Assembly: GCF_963921235.1 (NCBI RefSeq)
Contig: NC_086097.1
Location: 22,260,001 to 22,324,000, forward strand
Length of the DNA stretch: 64,000 nucleotides
Direction: 5' to 3'
Source of the DNA: Mobula hypostoma
Taxonomy: Eukaryota
Every line of letters begins with the position of its first letter. The stretch's first letter is position 1. The notes under the pieces are model-generated. The model did no database searches, was not told where the DNA came from, and saw only the letters and a list, made by a program, of their open reading frames with translations. A program made the translations under genes and the position numbers. Below are positions 48,063-62,030 of the stretch, piece after piece.

Positions 48063-49019
48063 TCTACAGAGTCCTCTGTTTATTTTTAATTTTAAATTTC
48101 CAGTTTTTGTTGTCATTGTCTTTGCTCTGGAATTTTGTGGAGATATCATACAAACAGAATGGTGGATGACAGCAGATTGTTCTGTATTGCTGAGCTCAGC
48201 CAAAATTCTGCTGCTTGTGTGCAGTTTCATACATTAGAATAAAATACATGGCATAGTAGCTGCAGGAAGCCAATAAGCACGGCCACAGCCTCTCTGTGCT
48301 GGTTCAGTCCTGACCTTGGTTGCTGTCTATGTGGAGTTTGTATGTTCTCCCTGTGATCACATAGATTTCCTAAAGGTGTACCAATTTCCTCTCACAACCC
48401 AAAGCTGAGCTGGTTGTTCGGTTAATTGACCATTACGAATCCTTCCTAGTTGTACAGTCACAGAGCACTACAGCACAGAAACAGGCCCTTCAGCCCATCC
48501 AGTCAGTGCTGGTCTGCAATTCTGCCAAGCCCCATCAGCCCAGTGAGTGGTGGTACCTGGAGGGAGTTGATGGGAGGGAAGGTAAGGGTAAGAATAAAAT
48601 GGGATAAACAAAATGTAGGATTAGTGTAAATGACAAGGTGGTGTTGAGCCAAAGAGTCTGTTTCTGTACTGAATGACAATGAATCTATGATTCGAGTGCC
48701 TGTTCCTCTGTTCAATAAGGTCATAGCTGATCTTTTACTACAGCCCCACTTTCTTGCACAAGCTCTTTGATTCTGTTGAAGTCTATAAATCTCTGTCTTG
48801 ATATAAAAATCTATGGATCTCTGTTCCATTTACCTATTACCCCTGTGTTAACTCTACACGGGGTCCAATTAATCAATGCCTCAGTGTTTAAATAATGCTT
48901 TTCAAAGCATCTGCTTGCCTCATCCATCGCAGTCCCTGTAATTGCCTCCAGCTTCACGGTCGTTTGACATTTCTGTGTCTCTCTAATTCAGATCTCCTTG
49001 TGGACTAGAGTTCAGTGAC

Positions 49020-49520
49020 TCGGAATACTGTGCTCAGCTCTGGTCACCTCATTATAGGAAGGATGGGGAAACTTTTGAGAGGGTGCAAACGAGATTCACC
49101 AGGACGCTGGCTGGATTAGACAGCGTGTCTTGTGAGGGCAGGCTGAGCATGTTAGAGCTTTTTGCTTTGGAACAAAGGAGGATGAGTGGTGACTTTATAG
49201 AGGTGTGCAAAATGATAAGAGGCATAAATCAAGTGGACAGCTGGAGACGTTTTTCCCAGGCAGAAGGAACTAATACAAGGAGACTGGAAGAAAGTATAAG
49301 GGGGATGACTGAGATTCTTCTTTCACAGCGAGTGGGGGGGCACGTGGAAGCCCTGTCAGGGGTAGTAGTAGAGTCAGATTGAGACGTTTAAAAGACTCTT
49401 AGATAGGCTGGTGGATAATAGAAAAATGGAGGACTATATAGGATTGATATAGGATATATAGGATTAGATTGACCTTAGAGTAGGTTAAAAGGTCAGCACA
49501 ACAAAGTATGCTGAAGGGCC
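49020..49520 (+). mobile_element. CR1 LINE 3' fragment
   Basis: ORF 49083-49382 QTRFTRTLAGL..LEQRRMSGDFIEV. Confidence 0.8.
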
Positions 49521-49685
49521 TGGTCCCTTCATCTGTACTGGGAAGAAAGTGGCAGAAGTCAGAACAGGACCTTGTAGCCACTAGTGAGACTTGGTGCAGG
49601 AGAGGCAGGACTGTCAGCTCAGTGCTCTGGGGTTCCGTTGTTTTGGACTTTACAGAGCAGGGAGGATTAAAGGGGGGAGTGGGAA

Positions 49686-50828
49686 GGACTTTAGCAAGGC
49701 CTTCCACAAGGTCCTGCATGGGAGGTTGGTCAAGGAAGTTCAGTCACTTGGCATTCAAGATGAGGTGGTAAATTGTTTTAAACATTGGCTTCACGGAAGA
49801 AGCCGGAGAGAGGTAATAGATGTTTACCTCTCTGACTGGAGGCCTGCGACTAGTGGTGTGCTGCAAGGATCTGTGCTGAGTCCATTGTTATTTGTCATCT
49901 ATATCAATGATCTAGATGATAATGTAGTTCACTGGATCAACAAATATGCGGATGACACCAAGACTGGGGAGTAATAGACACCGAGGAAGACTATCAAAGC
50001 TTGTAGCAGGATCTAGACCAGCTGGAGAAATAGGCTGAAAAATGGCAGATGGAACCAAGTGATAGATAGTGGACTTTGGGAGGGCCAACCAGGGCAGGTC
50101 TCACACGGTGACCAGTAGGGCACTGAAGAGTGCAGTAGAGCCAAAGGATCTGGAAATACAGATCTATAATTCCTTGAAAATGGTGTCACAGGTAGATAGG
50201 GTCGTAAAGAAAGCTATTGACATATTGGCCTTCATAAATCAAAGTACTGAGTTTCGGAGTTGGGATATTATGTTGAAATTAGTGATGTTGAATATGTGTC
50301 CAGTTTTAGTCATCTACCTACAGGAAAGATGTAAATAAGATTGAAAAAGTGTAGATAAACCTTACAAGGACGTTGCCAGGATTTGAGGACCTGAATTATA
50401 GGGAAAGGTTGAATAGGTTAGGATTTTATTCCTTAGAATGTAGAAGATTGAGGGGAGATTTGATAGAGGTTTACAAAATTATGAGAGGTATAGATAAGGT
50501 AAATAGCCCCACACTTTTTTCACTGAAGTTGGCTGGGACCACAGCTAGAGGTCATGAGTTAAGGGTGAAAGGTGAAATGTTTAAGGGGAACATGAGGGGG
50601 AACTTCTTCACTCAAAGGGTGATGAGAGGGTGGAATGAGCTGCCAATGGAAGTGGTGGATGTGGGGTTGATTTCAACATTTAAGAGACATTTGGATAGGT
50701 ACATGAATGGTTGGGGTAGTGAGGCCTATGGTCTGGGTGCAGGACGATGGGAATAGGCAGATCAATGGTTTGGCACAGATTAGATGGGCCGAAGAGCCTG
50801 TTTTGTGCTGTAGTGCTATATAACTCTA
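49686..50828 (+). mobile_element. CR1 LINE RT and 3' end
   Basis: DFSKAFHKV, GVLQGSVLSPLLFVIYINDL, KYADDTK; ORF 50373-50756. Confidence 0.92.
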
Positions 50829-50829
50829 A

Positions 50830-51320
50830 GAAGAAGGGGATAGGAGATGGGGCACAATTTCTCAGGTGATAGGTGAGACCAGTGAGGGGAATGGTGAGGG
50901 TGGGGAATGAAGTAAGAAGCTGAGAGGGGATAGGTGGAGAAGATAAAGGGCCGAAGAAGAAGGCATCTGTTTGGAGAGAAGAGTGGACCATGGAAGAAAG
51001 GGAAGGAGGAGGGTAGCCAGATGGAAATGATGGATAGGTGAGGAAAAGAGATAGTGTGAGAGGATAACCAGAACAGGGAATAGAAAAAGGGAATGGGGGG
51101 GGGGCGCGGAGGAGAAGGAAGTAATTACTGAAATTAGAGAAACCTATGCTCATGCCTCATTATAGCAATAGGGGAGTGAATGGACTTGCATGTCAGAATG
51201 CCTTCTTTCTTCCAGTCATGATGAAGGGTCTTGGCCTGAAATGCCAGCTGCTTATTCCTCACCATAGAAGGTGCCAGACCTGCTGAGTTTCCTCAACACT
51301 TTGTGTGCGTATTACTCAAT
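50830..51320. mobile_element. Penelope-like inverted pair with degenerate hammerhead at ~51213-51250
   Basis: Purine-rich - strand UTR ending in the MSIGFSNFS* frame; + strand GTCATGATGAAGGGTCTTGGCCTGAAA. Confidence 0.7.
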
Positions 51321-51384
51321 CCTCTTGGACATCTCTTATTATACTCAACAGAGCTCAGTGAGACACAATTTCCCATGAACAGAG

Positions 51385-54335
51385 AATCAGGATCAAAATC
51401 AGGTTTAATATCATTGGCATAGGTTGTGAAATTTGTTGTTTTTGCAGCGGCAGTACAGTGTAATACACAAGAATCAAAACTATAAATTATAATAATACAT
51501 AGTGCAAAAAGAGAGGGAAAAATAGCGTGTAGTGTTCATGGGTTCTATGTCCATTCAGAAATCTGATGGCGGAGGGAAAGAAGTTGTTTCTGGAAAGTTG
51601 AATGTGTGCCTTCAGGCTCCTGTACCTCCGCCTTGATGGTAGCAAATGAGAAGAGGGGATGTCATGAGTGATGGAGGTCCTTAATGATAGATGCTGCCCT
51701 TTTGAAGGTGTCTGGATGCTGGGGAGGCTAGTGTTGATGATGGAGCTGGCTGCATTTACAATTCTCTGCAGCTTTTTCCAATCCTGTGCAGTGGCCCCTC
51801 CATACCAGATAGTGATGCAATCAGTTGGAATGCTCTCCGTGGTACATCTGTAGAAAATGGTGAGTGTCTTTGGTGACACACTAATTCTCCTCAAATTCCT
51901 AATGAAATTCAGCATACTGTCATGCCTTCTTTGTAATTGCATCGATCTGGTGGGCCCAGGATAGATCCTCAGAGATGTTGGCATCCAGGAACTTGAAACT
52001 GCTCACCCTTTCCACTTCTGATCCCTCAATGAGGACACATGTGTGTTCTCTTGACTTCCCCTTCCTGAAGTCCACAATCAATTCCTTAGTCATACTGACA
52101 TTGAGTGCAAAGTGATTGTTGCGACGCCGGTTAACCAAATGATCTCTCTCACTCCTCATCACCATCTGCAATTCTGCCAGCAAGAGCTGTGTTGCCAGTA
52201 ACTTTATAGATGGCACTTGAGCTCTGCCGAGCCACACAATCATGGAAGTAGAGAGAGTTAGAGCAGGGGGCTAAACACACATCCCTGAGGTGCGCCAGTG
52301 TTGATTGTCAGCAAGGAAGAGATGTTATTGCCAATCCCCACAGACCGTGGTCCCGCAGTGCAGAAATCAAGGATCCAGCTCCTGAGGGAGGTACAGAGGC
52401 CCAGGTTTTGGAGCTTGTTGATCAGAACTGAGGGCATGATTGTGTTGAGCGCTGAGCTGCAGTCAATAAACAGTAGCCTGGTGTAGGTATTACTATTGTC
52501 TAGGTGATCCGAGTGAGAAGCCAGTGAGATTGCATCTGCCTTAGATCTCTTGTGGCAATAGGTGAATTGGAATGGGTCCAGGACCTTGCCTAGGCAGGAG
52601 TTGATTCTGGCCATGACCAACCTCTCAAAGCACTTCATCTCAGTAGATGTGAGTGCCAGAGGGCGAAATTCATTGAGGCAGCTCACCCTGCTCTTCTTCA
52701 GCACTGGTACGATTGCAGAGGGAACCTCCGACTACAACAATGAGAGATTGAAGATGTCCTTGAACGCTCCCACCAGTTGGTTGGCACAGGTTTTCAGGAC
52801 CCTTCCAGAGACACCAACATGGCCGGATGACTTACAATGCTTCAGCCTCTTGAATGATGCTCTGATCACAGACGGAGATCACAGAGTCACCAGGTGCCGC
52901 AGGGATTCGCACAGATGGTGTTTTATTCTCTCTTTTAAAGTGAGCATAAAAGGCGTTGAGCTCATCTGGGAGTGAAGCATCACTGCCATTCACAGTGTTA
53001 GGTTTCTCTTTGTAGGAAGTAATAGACTGCAAACCCTGCCAAAGATGATGCTCATCTGATTCCGTCTCTAACCTCGTGGAATTGATTCTTCTTGCCCTTA
53101 AAATAGACTTCTGTAGGTCATACCTAGACTTCTTGTATAATTCTGGATCACCATTGAATGCCACAGATCTAGCCCTCAGCAGACTACGAATCTCCTGGTT
53201 CATCCATGACTTTTGGCTTGAGTAATGTCTGGTGTTTTCTCAAAGACACACACACATCCACACAGGTCTTGATGAAGCCAGTGACAGCTGTAGCATATTC
53301 ATTCAAACTCTGTCCACCAGTTCAAAGCAGTCCTATGAGCACTCCTCTACCTCCCTCGAACACTACTTCTTGGTCCTCACCGCTGGCGCTGTGGTGTTCA
53401 TTCTCTGCATAAGCCCTGGAAGTAGAAGTACAGCCAGATGATCGGACTTGCCAAAGTGTGGGATGGCATGGTTGGCGTTCTGGGTAAGTGGTCAAGTGTT
53501 GTTGCTTGTCTGGTTCCGCAGATATGCTGGTGTAGGTGTTCAGAGACTTATTCAAGCTTCCCTGGTTGAAATCGCCTGCAATGATAGAGAAGGCATCAGG
53601 GTGTGCAGTTTCATGACTGCTGATTACATTGTTCAGCTTCTCCAAAACTGCCTGACATTGGCCTGAGGTGGAGTGTACACCGCTACCAAGATGATGGTGG
53701 AGTACTTTCTCAGCAGGTAAAATGGGTGACATTTGACCTCTGGATGTTCCAGGTCAGGTGAGCAGGACTCATACAGAACCCCCACGTATGTGTACCACAC
53801 AATGCGTTAATCATAAAGCATACTCCACCTCCTCTGCGTTTTAAAGACTGAGCTGTCCTGTCTTTGCAGAGAATGGTGAAGCCATCAGGCTGTAGCACTC
53901 TGCCCAAAATTGCCAGTGTGAGCCATGTTTCCATAAAGCAGAATACACAGCATTCCCTGATGTGCCTCTGGTACAGCTATCTTGCTCTGAGCTCTTCAAT
54001 TTTATTTTACCAGAGACTGTGCCTTTGCCAGCATGACAGTCAGGAGTGGAATTCTAAACCCTCTGCTTTTCAATCATACCTGTAGACTAGCGGACATCCC
54101 CACTTCCACTTTCTTAAAGGGAAACTACACTTGCGAGCCGAGTCTGCTGTCCAAGGTTCATTGATTTTGAGTATCGATAGATGTTTTAAATATTTTTAAA
54201 TGATGCTGCTTACTGAAGTACAGTATCTATGGCTGTGACTGTGGATTTCAGTAGCAGTATTCCTCAACATGAATTTTAGATGACTCCCATCAGAGCTGCA
54301 CACAAAAAGTCGTCATTTAATGGCACCATCGTAGC
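51385..54335 (-). mobile_element. Near full-length degraded Rex1/Babar LINE (APE endonuclease plus RT)
   Basis: [75 protein letters not shown]; (GATTCT)-type tail. Confidence 0.92.
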
Positions 54336-54799
54336 GTTGACCAGCCATGCTGACCACCCCTAATTAGATCTAGAATGTCATTTGCAGATTAGTTTCGTGT
54401 GGATCCATAGCCTGCCATCCTCACCCACTCAGGCATTTTGTGGCTCTGGTATGGCTGGCTCGGGACTGCCCTCTGCAAAGGGCAAATAAGCCACTGTTTC
54501 ATGCTCAGTTAGAGATGGACAATAAAATCTTGCCTTGCCAGCGATGTTCTGAATACAGAAATGAATTAGGTCAAGAGAGCCGAGGGGCAGAAAAAGGGGT
54601 GATATTATAAAGAAGAAGAATTTTGACAACATTGGGGTCAAAAGTTCCCAGAAGTACAGCATCTAATGGTGGCTTACAACCTTGAGGACATGACTACTCA
54701 GTGCTGAAGCTGAATGATTAATCTTTACATCAACAGCGCGCTGACAGTCGAGGTGATACTGCTCTTCTTTTAAATGTAACTTATCACACTCAATTCTGA

Positions 54800-55065
54800 G
54801 GAAGGAGTGGAGAAATTTCTTCAGCCAGAGGGTGGTGAATCTGTGGAATTCATTGCCACAGTGTTCTGTGGGGGCCAATTTATTGAGTATATTTAAAGTG
54901 GAGGTTGATGGGCTCTTGATTAGTGTTGGCATCAAAGGTTACGGGGAGAAGGCACAGGAGAATGGGGTTCAGAGGGAAAATTAATCAGCCATGATCGAGT
55001 GGTAGAGCAGACTTGAAAGGCGAGATAGCCTAATTCTGCTCCTATGTCTGATGGTCTTATGGTCT
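54800..55065 (+). mobile_element. CR1 LINE 3' end
   Basis: AGAAATTTCTTCAGCCAGAGGGTGGTGAATCTGTGG; ATGGTCTTATGGTCT tail. Confidence 0.85.
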
Positions 55066-55899
55066 AATGAAAGAACTGAGAGGGAAATAAAAGGGTGAGT
55101 GGGAATACCCTGAGGGCTATTATAGAATAAATGGGCGAAATGGTCTCCTTCTACATTGTTGACAAATAAATAGCGTTAGGAATATATTGCTCAGCCTTCA
55201 TAAGATGATGACTGTGGGACTCTGTCCTTGCATTAGTGTCCAGGAGCAGGAAGAGCGTCAACTCCAATCCCTTTAGTGTCACCCACGTGCTGGCAGACAC
55301 ATGGCTCTCTCAGGAGAGCTCAAATGACAATCCTTTGACAAGCTCCAGGCAATGTGACTCCAGGTAGATAGGAAAAATTAATCTGTGACTTCACTGGTGT
55401 GCTGTATGAGATTTTACAGCAATCCCTCAGACTGACATTCACCTTTAAGAAACATTGCCCGCTTTTTCATTCTGCTTAATTCCTTTCAGCGTTGCTTTAC
55501 AGAGAATCACATTCAATGTTTCAGCTTTGTCAGCCGGTTTGGATAAAAGCTGGGGGAAAATGTGCGACCGGCTGATAGCTTCATGTGACAGCTTTTGTTC
55601 CACTTGGCAGTTCAGAATGGGCACCGATCTCAGTGAGCAGGCCTACGCCGAATGACAGAGCTGAGGGCAGCCGAGTACTGAGGAAGGAACCTCAATCCTC
55701 CTCATTTTGCGACAGGTGGGCATCACCTTCATGAACTGATGCAATTCTTCTGATGGATAAAAAGTCCACATGGATTTATTGATGGTTCAAATGGTTCAAT
55801 TTAATATCAGAGAGTGTATACAGTGTACAACCTGAAATCCTTACTCTTCAAAGATTTGTTAACTAATGATGTGCAACTAACTTAATAAAGTTAATTTGA

Positions 55900-56150
55900 T
55901 GGGTCGCTCGGTAGCGTAGCGGTTAGTGTAACACTATTACAGTGCTAGCGACCCACGTTCAGTTCTGGTGCTGTCTGTAAAGAGTTTGTACATTCTCCCT
56001 GTAACCATTTGGATTTCCTCTAGCTGCTCCACCTTCCAACTACATTCCAAAGACTCACAGGTTAGGAAATTATTTGGTAAGATGGTGTAATTATGCAGCA
56101 CAGACTTATTAGACTGGAATGGCATGTTACCATGCTGTATCTTAAAATAA
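55900..56150 (+). mobile_element. V-SINE (HE1-like) with CR1-like tail
   Basis: A box TAGCGTAGCGG, core GAGTTTGTACATTCTCCCTGT..CATTCCAAAGAC, tail CATGTTACCATGCTGTATCT. Confidence 0.8.
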
Positions 56151-56289
56151 ATGATTGATTTATTGGAGAGAAATTTGATCCATTATATACCCGTAATCAT
56201 CACAGGAGCATCATCCAAATACTCATACCCAGCATTGGAACAGCATCACAGAAAATAGTACACGGTAACTGGCAAAAGGCAAGTGGAAT

Positions 56290-56922
56290 TTCACAAGAAG
56301 GGGAATTGAGTATAAGAGCAAAGAGGTCATTCTGCAGCTGTACAGGGCCCTGGTGAGACCACACCTGGAGTACTGTGTGCAGTTTTGGTCTCCAAATTTG
56401 AGGAAGGACATTCTTGCTATTGAGGGAGTGCAGCGTAGGTTCACAAGGTTAATTCCCGGGATGGCAGGTCTGTCATATGTCGAAAAATTGGAGCGACTGG
56501 GCTTGTATACTCTGGAATTTAGAAGGCTGAGAGGGGATCTTATTGAAACATATAAGATTATTAAGGGATTGGACATGCTGGAGGCAGGAAGCATGTTCCC
56601 GCTGATGGGTGAGTCCAGAACCAGAGACCACAGTTTAAGAATTAGGGATAGGCCATTTAGAACTGAGTTGAGGAAAAACTTTTTCACCCAGAGAGTGGTG
56701 GATATATGGAATGCTCTGCCCCAGAAGGCTGTGGAGGCCAAGTCTCTGGATGCTTTCAAAAAAGAAATGGATAGAGCTCTTATAGATAGCGGAATCAAAG
56801 GTTATGGGGATAAGGCAGGAACTTTTTACTGAATGTGGATGATCAGCCATGATCACAGTGAATGGCGGTTCTGGCTTGAAGGGCCGAATGGCCTACTCCT
56901 GCACCTATTGTCTATTGTCTAT
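56290..56922 (+). mobile_element. Young CR1 LINE 3' fragment
   Basis: Open ORF 56353-56832 RPHLEYCVQFWSP...KNFFTQRVVDIWNALP; (TCTATTG)n tail. Confidence 0.95.
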
Positions 56923-57889
56923 AAGACTGTAGAGGTCTCGGGTCTTGGCCAGTTCCATGATGAGCTCAGTACTCTCCACCATCTAGCGTATCTCCAAAAG
57001 ATGATACCTCTAGAAGTTGCATCCACCATTAAGGATCTTCACCATCTGGGACATACCCTCTTCTCATTACTATCATTGTGGAGGAGGTACAGCAGCCTGA
57101 AGGCCCACACTCAGTGAATAGCAACAACTCCTTCCTCTCCATCATCAGATTTGAAAATAGTCCAGAAAACGTGAATGCTACCTTGTTAATAGTTCTTTTT
57201 TGCACTATCTATTTATTTTGCAATTTGTCGTGATGTTACGTTTCTGAGCCGTACTGGTGCTGCAAAACAACAAATATCACGTCATAGAAGACTGATACTA
57301 AATCTGATTCTGATTCTGATGTCTGCCACGACATGGTGAGAACAGATATTTGCTTATTCCAGCTAGATTTTCTGCAGATATTCAGCTTCTTCCGGCCAAC
57401 GACAGTTCATCTTTATCATAAAGAGGACTGTTTAAAAGACCTACTTAAACACTATTCCTCTTTTGCAATATTTATTTAGTTTTATAACTGACAGCAAATT
57501 CTTATATCTTGCACTGTACTGCTGTCAAAAACAACAAGTTTCAGGACACATATCAGTGATCATAAACCTGATTCAGATTCAAGATAGAAGCTTGATCCTT
57601 GAGCTTGGTGGTCATGCTCTCAAGCCTTTGTATTTTGGAGGGGGCAGAAGAGAGAGTGACCGGGTAGAGAGGGGTCTTTGATGACATTGGCTGCTTTCTT
57701 GAGGCAGTGGGAGGTGGGCAGCTTGGAATCGATGAGCAAAGGCCAGTTCCTCCAGAAGTCTGACTGTTTTATTTGAGACTTCCATTTCTGTCATCTAATT
57801 GGTCATCTCTAACTGCAATACTCAGTCTATATGTGAAAATGTATTTTTTTGTTCTGCTGTTTCAGTAAACGTTGCATAACTTCACCTGA

Positions 57890-58550
57890 AAGTCTGCGGG
57901 GGTCATATATTGTATCTGGTGCTCCTGGTGAGACTTCATTACATCATTGAGACCTGACGCACATTTTGGGACTGCTTTGTTGACCACCTTCGCTCTGTCC
58001 ACCACAAAAGGCAGGATCCATTTCAATTTGACTTCCCATTCTCATTCTGACCTGTCTGTCTATGGCATCCTCTGCTGCCATGACGTGGCCAAATTCAGTT
58101 TGGAGGATCAAGACCTCATATTCTATATGGGTAGCCTCCAACATGCCGGCATGAACAATGATTTCTCTATCTTCCAGTAATCTCTACCCTCTTCCCATTC
58201 CCCATGTTGGTTACCCTCTCACCCCCTCTCTTCTCCTCACTTGTCCATCACCTCCTTTTGGTTCCCCTCCTCCTTCTCTTTCTTACATGGTCCACCATCC
58301 TCTCCTATCAGATTCCTTCTTCAGTCTTTTACCTCTTAAGTCTATCACCCGTCAGCTCCCCACTCACAGACACCCCTCTCATCTGGTCTCACCTGTCATC
58401 TGCCAGCTTGTACTTCTTCCCCTGCCCTCTCCCACTTCTTATGCTGTCTCTACCCACTTCCTTCCCAGTCTTGATGAAGGGTTTCAGCCCAAAATATCAA
58501 CTGTTAATCCCAGTCTGATCTGCTGAGTTCCTCCAGCATTTGGTGTGTGT
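57890..58550 (+). mobile_element. Penelope-like element 3' part with degenerate hammerhead
   Basis: IHFNLTSHSHSDLSVYGIL..EDQDLIFYMGSLQHAGMNNDFS; GTCTTGATGAAGGGTTTCAGCCCAAAATATC. Confidence 0.8.
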
Positions 58551-59317
58551 TATATAAAATACATTTCACAATCTTGGACTGCAGTCTCTAACTCTGTAAT
58601 TCATGTTGACTAAAAGGATGCATTTTTCAGTAACGTCTTTGAAAATATAGATCTGTGCTGTACATTAAGATAGGACTTCCCATAGGCTACTTAAAAATTG
58701 CACATTCCTTAGATCATCAATGTTTAGACAAAGTGATTCTCACATCCTTGCCTCAATGTAAGCATAAATCAACTTCACCCTTTTAGTCTGATGGATAAAT
58801 TTGCCTCTCTTTACATAAATTGCCCTCTGTTCCAGCAAAGTAATTTGTAGGTTCAAAGATAAACATTTCTAATGTTCTTTGAATGAGACTCAATCAACCT
58901 TAAATCACGGTATTGTACAGTAAGTGAGCACATATGGCGGAATCCTTGGTGTAGGCTTCATCAAGTTAAGCTGGAGTGCATTGGTTAGGAGCCCACCGAA
59001 CCCTGGAATTGTTATGCAAAGAAGCAGGTCCTTTAGTTCAGTAACATCCCTGAGAGGTCAACCCATCAGCAGATCTCCTGTAAGCTATCCTCTGACATCT
59101 CAGATGCAAGGTTTCGACTCTAATCATTAACACGAATATATATTCACAGCCATCCAAACTTCAGTGAGTATACACAGAGAAACAAGCAGAAAGCAGACAA
59201 CTACACACTCAAATCCACATACAGTTACATACACGAAGCTGCAACCACACACACAAATACATATAGATGCGCTAATGCATACAAACACACACTCACCCTG
59301 CAGATTCACACACTTGC

Positions 59318-60487
59318 ATGCCCACAATCCTGATTGAGAAGTTGCAGAACCTGGGCCTTTGTACCTCCCTCTGCAATTGGATCCTCGACTTCCTAACCGG
59401 AAGACCACAGTCTGTGAACATTGGTGATAACATATCCTCCTCGCTGACGATCAACACTGGCACACCTCAGGGGTGTGTGCTTAGCCCACTGCTCTACTCT
59501 CTATATACACATGACTGTGTGGCTAGGCATAGCTCAAATACCATCTATAAATTTGCTGACAATACAATCGTTGTTGGTAGAATCTCAGGTGGTGATGAGG
59601 GGGCGTACAGGAGTGAGATATGTCAACTTGCGGAGTGGTGCTGCAGCAACAACCTGACACTCAACGTCAGTAAGACGAAAGAGCTGATTGTGGACTTCAG
59701 GAAGGGTAAAATGAAGAAGCACATATCAGCACTCATAGAGGGATCAGAAGTGGAGAGAGTGAGCAGTTTCAAGTTCCTGGGTATCAAGATCACTGAGGAT
59801 CTAACCTGGTCCCAACATATCGATGTGGTTATAAAGAAGACAAGACAGCAGCTATACTTTATTAGGAGTTTGAAGAGATTTGGCATGTCAACAAATACAC
59901 TCAAAAACTTCTATATTTGTACCCTGGAGAGCATTCTGACCAGCTGCATCACTGTCTGGTTCGGAGGGGCTACTGCACAGGACTGAAAGAAGCTGCAGAG
60001 GGTTGTAAATTTAGCCAGCTCCATCTTGGGCACTAGCCTACAAAGTACCCAGGACATCTTCAGGGAGTGGTGTCTCAGAAAGGCAGCGTCCATTATTAAG
60101 GACCTCCAGCACCCAGGGCATGCCCTTTTCTCACTGTTACAATCAGGTAGGAGGTACAGAAGCCTGAAGGCACACACTCAGCGATTCAGGAACAGCTTCT
60201 TCCCCTCTGCCATCTGATTCCTAAATGGACATTGAATCTTTGGACGCTGCCTCACTTTTTTTTTAATATACAGTATTTCTGTTTTTGCTCATTTTTTAAA
60301 AATCTATTCAATATATGTAATTGATTTATTTGTTTATTTATTATTATTATTATTTTAATTTTATTTACTACAGTATTTTCCCTCTGCTAGATTATGTATT
60401 GCATAGAGCTGCTGCTGCTAAGTTAACAAATTTCATGTCACATGCCGGTGATAATAAACCTGATTCTGATTCTGATTCTGATTCTGT
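59318..60487 (+). mobile_element. Young 5'-truncated Rex1 LINE with (GATTCT)n tail
   Basis: 222-aa ORF with [41 protein letters not shown]; continues in frame after one stop (60026-60217). Confidence 0.95.
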
Positions 60488-60529
60488 GTATACACTCCTG
60501 TGTTCACACACACACACACACAGACACAC

Positions 60530-61095
60530 AGAGCACAGAAAATGCTGGAGGAACTCAGAAGGCCAGGCAACATCTAAAGAGGAAATAAGCAGCATTTCAG
60601 GCCAAGACTCTTTACCGGGACAGGAAAGGAAGAGGGCAGAAGCCAGAGTAAGAAGCTTGCTGATGATAGGTGAGACCAGGTGAGGGGACAGGTGGGTAGT
60701 GGGCGAGGGGGGATGAAGCTGGAAGGTGATAGGTGAAAGAGGTGAAGGGCTAAATAAAAAGGAATCTAATAGCACATTGTCCTCTCCTATCAGATTCCTT
60801 CTTCTACAACACTTTATCTCTTCCACCTATCACCTCCCAGATTCTCAGTTCACCCCAGTCACCCCTTCCCCGTCACCTGGTCTCACATCACCTGCCAGTT
60901 GGTAATCTCCTTCCCCTCCCGCGCCCCCCCCCCCACCGATCTTTCTGTTCTTCCTTACTTTTAGTCCTGATGAAGGGTCTTGACCTGAAATATCGACTAT
61001 TCATTCCCCTCTATAGATGCTGCCTGATCTGCTAACTGCCTCCAGCATTTTGTGCCTGTTACTCAAGATTTCCACCATCAGCAGAATCTCCTGTG
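60530..61095. mobile_element. Fold-back Penelope-like element (~560 bp, two inverted 3' modules)
   Basis: Left arm ~60530-60772 (-) and right arm ~60786-61095 (+); AGGAATCTAATAG / CTATCAGATTCCT at the fold. Confidence 0.8.
60962..60999 (+). ncRNA. Minimal type I hammerhead ribozyme motif (core intact)
   Basis: TAGTC-CTGATGA-AGGGTCTTGACCT-GAAA-T-ATC-GACTA; stem I TAGTC/GACTA, AUC triplet. Confidence 0.75.
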
Positions 61096-61754
61096 TTTAT
61101 GAACACAAGTACATAGCTTGGCACCAAACCAATATATTGTAAGTGTTGAACCTGTCAATCTCTGTGCAGAGTTTACAAACCAGCCTTCTCCAATTGCCTC
61201 ACCTCCCTTTAAAATCTTCCCTCTTGAACAAGTCTCTTTCCATTTTCATCTAATCTACTCAATGGACTTGTTGCGGTCATTAGCTTTGGCAGCAGTCTGA
61301 TATTTCCCCTTGCATCTCCATGGAGATCTGTAATCATTTTGCAAAGGCTATATCATGATTTTGACTTGTTTCTAATGCAATATTGTTGATCTGGGTTCTG
61401 ACTCGTTCACCAGTTTTCCACTAGGCAGTGGTTATGGGAATGGCTTTCACATCTGTAACAGCACAGCATTTCTTTCCAATGTTTTACTGCAAAATAAACT
61501 TCATTAAAAATTCTTAATCTGTGTATTTTTTAGGAAATTAAAAGGATCAAATGCACATAAATGATAATTAATAATTTCAAAACAGTAAATTACTAACTCA
61601 TAAAAGCATAGCACCTGTACAGTACAGCATGAAACAAGCCTTTGGCCCATCTCCTCCACACCGATCAGTGAGAACCTTTCTATACTAATCCCAGCAGCCA
61701 ACACAGAACGTCTCAGCAAAGTACAGGCCCTTCGATCCACAATGGTGACCTTTT

Positions 61755-62030
61755 ACTGAGATGAGGAGGGATTTCTTTAGCTAGAGAGTGGTGAATCTGC
61801 GAAATTTGTTGCCACCAGATGACTGTGGATGCCAAGACATTGGGTAATTTTAAGGCAGAGATTGATAGATTCTTGATCAGTCAGGGCACAAAGGGATACA
61901 GGGAGAAAGCAGGAGACTGGGGCCAAGAGGGAAATAGATCAGCCATGATGAAATGATGGAGGAGACTCGATGGGCCAAATGACCTAATTCTGCTCCTATA
62001 TCTTATGGTTTTATAGTTTTATGGTCTTTT
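61755..62030 (+). mobile_element. CR1 LINE 3' end
   Basis: GAGATGAGGAGGGATTTCTTTAGC; (TTATGGT)n tail. Confidence 0.85.

Noticed and set aside
55900..55975. tRNA-like A/B boxes as tRNA genes
   Set aside because: They are SINE heads followed by a V-domain core and LINE-derived tails; no cloverleaf.
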